Assembly: GCF_020969955.1 (NCBI RefSeq)
Contig: NZ_JAHDSX010000004.1
Span: 60,705 to 92,704, forward strand
Source: Allobaculum fili
Lineage (GTDB): Bacteria; Bacillota_I; Bacilli_A; Erysipelotrichales; Erysipelotrichaceae
Direction of reading: 5' to 3'
DNA: 32,000 bases
In this document: positions 29,898-32,000 of the stretch, in pieces
Layout of the letters: each line of letters starts with the position of its first letter
Numbering within the stretch: the stretch's first letter is position 1
The notes under the pieces: generated by a model
The model's input: the letters and a program-made list of their open reading frames with translations, nothing else
The model's database searches: none
What the model was told of the DNA's origin: nothing
Translations under genes and position numbers: made by a program

Positions 29898-30163
29898 TGT
29901 GCTCGATTCTTTTTATAATTTGATAAATCCTTTGTTCGTCTTTTCATAAAGGAAAAGATCAGGCCGCTTTCGGTTTTTTGGCTCTTTCTCTTTTCTTTTT
30001 TGAAGAGTCAGAGGCTAAGAAAGATTCGATTTTAAACCGGTTTATGAAAAAATGCAGCCCGCACCCGCACAGGACGAGCAAATTTCGATAGACTGAACAG
30101 GCAGACGATTTCAGGATCGCATTAGAAGAAAGGAAAGTCTGCCTGAAAAGATCCTGAACAAAT

Positions 30164-31858
30164 ATGAAATTATCCAACAGCTATTTCTTTACTCTGCGTG
30201 AAAACGTGAAAGATGAAGATTCCGTATCGTCCAATCTTCTCGCCCGCGCAGGGATGATCAAGAAACTTTCCAATGGTATCTATATTATTCTGCCGATGGG
30301 AAAACGCGTTCTTGCCAAAATTGAAAATGTAGTCCGTGAAGAGATGGACAGCCATGGCGCGCAGGAACTGCTCATGCCGGCGCTGATCCCGGAGGACGTT
30401 TATGTTTCCAGCGGACGCCGCGAGGCATTTGGCGCGAACATGTTTGCCCTGAAAGACCGTTATGACAAAAAATACGTGCTTGGTCCTACGCATGAAGAAC
30501 TGTTTGCGATGTGCGCAGCGATGGACGGCAAGTCCTGGAAAGATTTCCCGTACAACCTGTACCAGATCCAGACCAAATACCGCGATGAAACCAGACCGCG
30601 CTACGGTCTGATCCGTGTGCGTGAGTTTATCATGAAGGACGCCTATTCGTTCGATAAGGATCTCGAAGGTCTGGACGTTTCTTATGCCAATATGTACGAC
30701 GCCTACTGCAAAATTTTCGACCGTCTGGATCTGAACTACAAAATCGTTAAGGCCGATACCGGTCTGATGGGCGGTCTGCTTTCGGAAGAATATCAGGCGA
30801 TTTCCAGCATCGGCGAAGATATTGTTGTCGGATGCGAAAGCTGCGATTTCTCCAGCAACGAAGAAATTACCGAAGTCATCGATACGATGGAAGACGATCC
30901 GGCTGAAGAGCTCGAAATGGAAAAGATCTATACCCCGAATGCGGGTACGATCGAAGAAGTCAGCACATTCCTGGGCAAGAGACCGGAAGACTTCATTAAA
31001 ACGCTCATTTACAACGCAGACGGCAATCTGGTTGCTTTCGTTCTCCCGGGCGACCGCGAACTGAATGAGACCAAAGCCGGCAAGCTTCTTGGCGCGATCG
31101 AACTGAATCTGGCTACTCCGGAAGAAGTTAAGGCAGCTACCGGGGCACGCATCGGCTTTGCAGGTCCTGTCGGCCTGAACCTGCCGATTTACATGGATCG
31201 TCAGGTTGCCCATTACAAAAACTTCATCGTCGGCGCCAACGAAGACGACTACCACTTCAAAAACGTCAACCTTTCCCAGTTCACACCGACGGCGGTAGCG
31301 GATCTGACACAGGTTCGTGAAGGCGACCTCTGCCCGAAATGCGGTCATAAACTGACATTTGAGCACGGTATCGAAGTCGGCAACCTGTTCAAACTGGGTG
31401 AGAAGTATTCCAAGGCGATGGATCTGTACTATTCCGACCAGAACAACCAGCTCAGACCAGTATGGATGGGATCGTACGGTATCGGTCTGGAACGCTGCAT
31501 GGCAGCGGTTGCGGATCAGCACAATGACGAATACGGCCTGATCTGGCCGGATGAACTTGCTCCGTTCCGGGTAGCGCTCGTTATCGTTTCCATGAAAGAC
31601 GAAGAACAGAAAGCGCAGGCGCTCAAGCTCTACGACTATGCTCGTTCCAAAGGCTACGATGTTCTCCTCGATGACCGCAGTGAGCGTGCCGGCGTTAAGT
31701 TCAAGGATATGGAACTGATCGGCATTCCGCACCGTATCACGTTCGGTAAAGGCGTTAAGGACGGCAAAGCCGAATACGTCATCCGCAAAACCGGAGAAAA
31801 ATCCGAAGTGGAACTCGATCAGCTCGAAGCGCTGCTCGATTCGATTTACGGTGCATAA
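30164..31858 (+). CDS. proS: Proline--tRNA ligase, bacterial type with an editing (INS) domain
   Basis: The N-terminus MKLSNSYFFTLRENVKDEDSVSSNLLARAGMIKKLSNGIY aligns position for position with the E. coli and B. subtilis ProRS N-termini. Class II motifs and the C-terminal anticodon-binding domain are present. Confidence 0.95.
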   Translation: MKLSNSYFFTLRENVKDEDSVSSNLLARAGMIKKLSNGIYIILPMGKRVLAKIENVVREEMDSHGAQELLMPALIPEDVYVSSGRREAFGANMFALKDRYDKKYVLGPTHEELFAMCAAMDGKSWKDFPYNLYQIQTKYRDETRPRYGLIRVREFIMKDAYSFDKDLEGLDVSYANMYDAYCKIFDRLDLNYKIVKADTGLMGGLLSEEYQAISSIGEDIVVGCESCDFSSNEEITEVIDTMEDDPAEELEMEKIYTPNAGTIEEVSTFLGKRPEDFIKTLIYNADGNLVAFVLPGDRELNETKAGKLLGAIELNLATPEEVKAATGARIGFAGPVGLNLPIYMDRQVAHYKNFIVGANEDDYHFKNVNLSQFTPTAVADLTQVREGDLCPKCGHKLTFEHGIEVGNLFKLGEKYSKAMDLYYSDQNNQLRPVWMGSYGIGLERCMAAVADQHNDEYGLIWPDELAPFRVALVIVSMKDEEQKAQALKLYDYARSKGYDVLLDDRSERAGVKFKDMELIGIPHRITFGKGVKDGKAEYVIRKTGEKSEVELDQLEALLDSIYGA

Positions 31859-31911
31859 TTCAAATTCGCTCATCTGTAAGCGTCAAATAAAAGACGGGTA
31901 TTTTCTCGACC

Positions 31912-31950
31912 GCCTCCTTGGGATAATTCCTTTATTCAAGGAGGCTTTTT
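31912..31950 (+). terminator. Rho-independent terminator of proS
   Basis: GCCTCCTTG (31912-31920) pairs with CAAGGAGGC (31937-31945), followed by TTTTT. Confidence 0.75.
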
Positions 31951-31951
31951 C

Positions 31952-32000
31952 ATGGAATCAATCATCCCTGCAATCGATCTCGGTATCGATTTCTCCAAAG
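31952..32000 (+). CDS. Start of an unidentified ORF (MESIIPAIDLGIDFSK..., continues beyond the window)
   Basis: ATG 31952 lies 7 nt after AAGGAGG (31938-31944). Only 16 codons are visible, so no functional call is possible. Confidence 0.3.
   Translation, partial: MESIIPAIDLGIDFSK

Noticed and set aside
29898-30163. T-box riboswitch expected upstream of proS in a Firmicute
   Set aside because: No T-box sequence (AANNNGGGUGGNACCGCG-like) is present. There is also no recognisable Stem I specifier loop with a CCN codon followed by a purine, and no terminator/antiterminator pair with a T-tract before the ATG. A GAAGAGTCAGAGG stretch near 30001 is only superficially Stem-I-like.

Overview
Chromosomal segment that looks like a Bacillota-type (low-GC Gram-positive style) bacterium, judged from AGGAGG-type Shine-Dalgarno sites, hairpin plus T-tract terminators and gene content. 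It has three parts. (1) Housekeeping genes: the typA/bipA 5' end, an esterase-family hydrolase, a NifU-like protein, a YuiD/DUF212 membrane protein, pgi, pyruvate:ferredoxin oxidoreductase (nifJ), a thioredoxin-fold lipoprotein, a YrrN/YrrO-like U32 peptidase pair and proS. (2) A mobile-element scar at about 8.67-11.08 kb. An apparently intact IS3-family element (orfA/orfB with an A_AAA_AAA -1 frameshift site) abuts a truncated, oppositely oriented IS150-like element, and together they cut off the 3' part of a CASTOR/POLLUX-type RCK channel gene. (3) A glycan-utilisation block: a 1,966-aa secreted multimodular GH31 enzyme, a GH2 beta-galactosidase with a roughly 235-aa acidic low-complexity tail, and galM. 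A 796-aa orphan ORF (1805-4195) has no motif I can recognise. I saw no rRNA, tRNA or CRISPR array by eye. I could not support any multi-gene defence or other clearly novel system. The most unusual items are the IS pile-up and channel truncation, the orphan ORF, the cohesin-like module in the GH31 enzyme, the LacZ tail, the structured non-T-box proS leader, and the very long codon-aligned antisense shadow ORFs caused by near-total avoidance of TTA/CTA/TCA codons.
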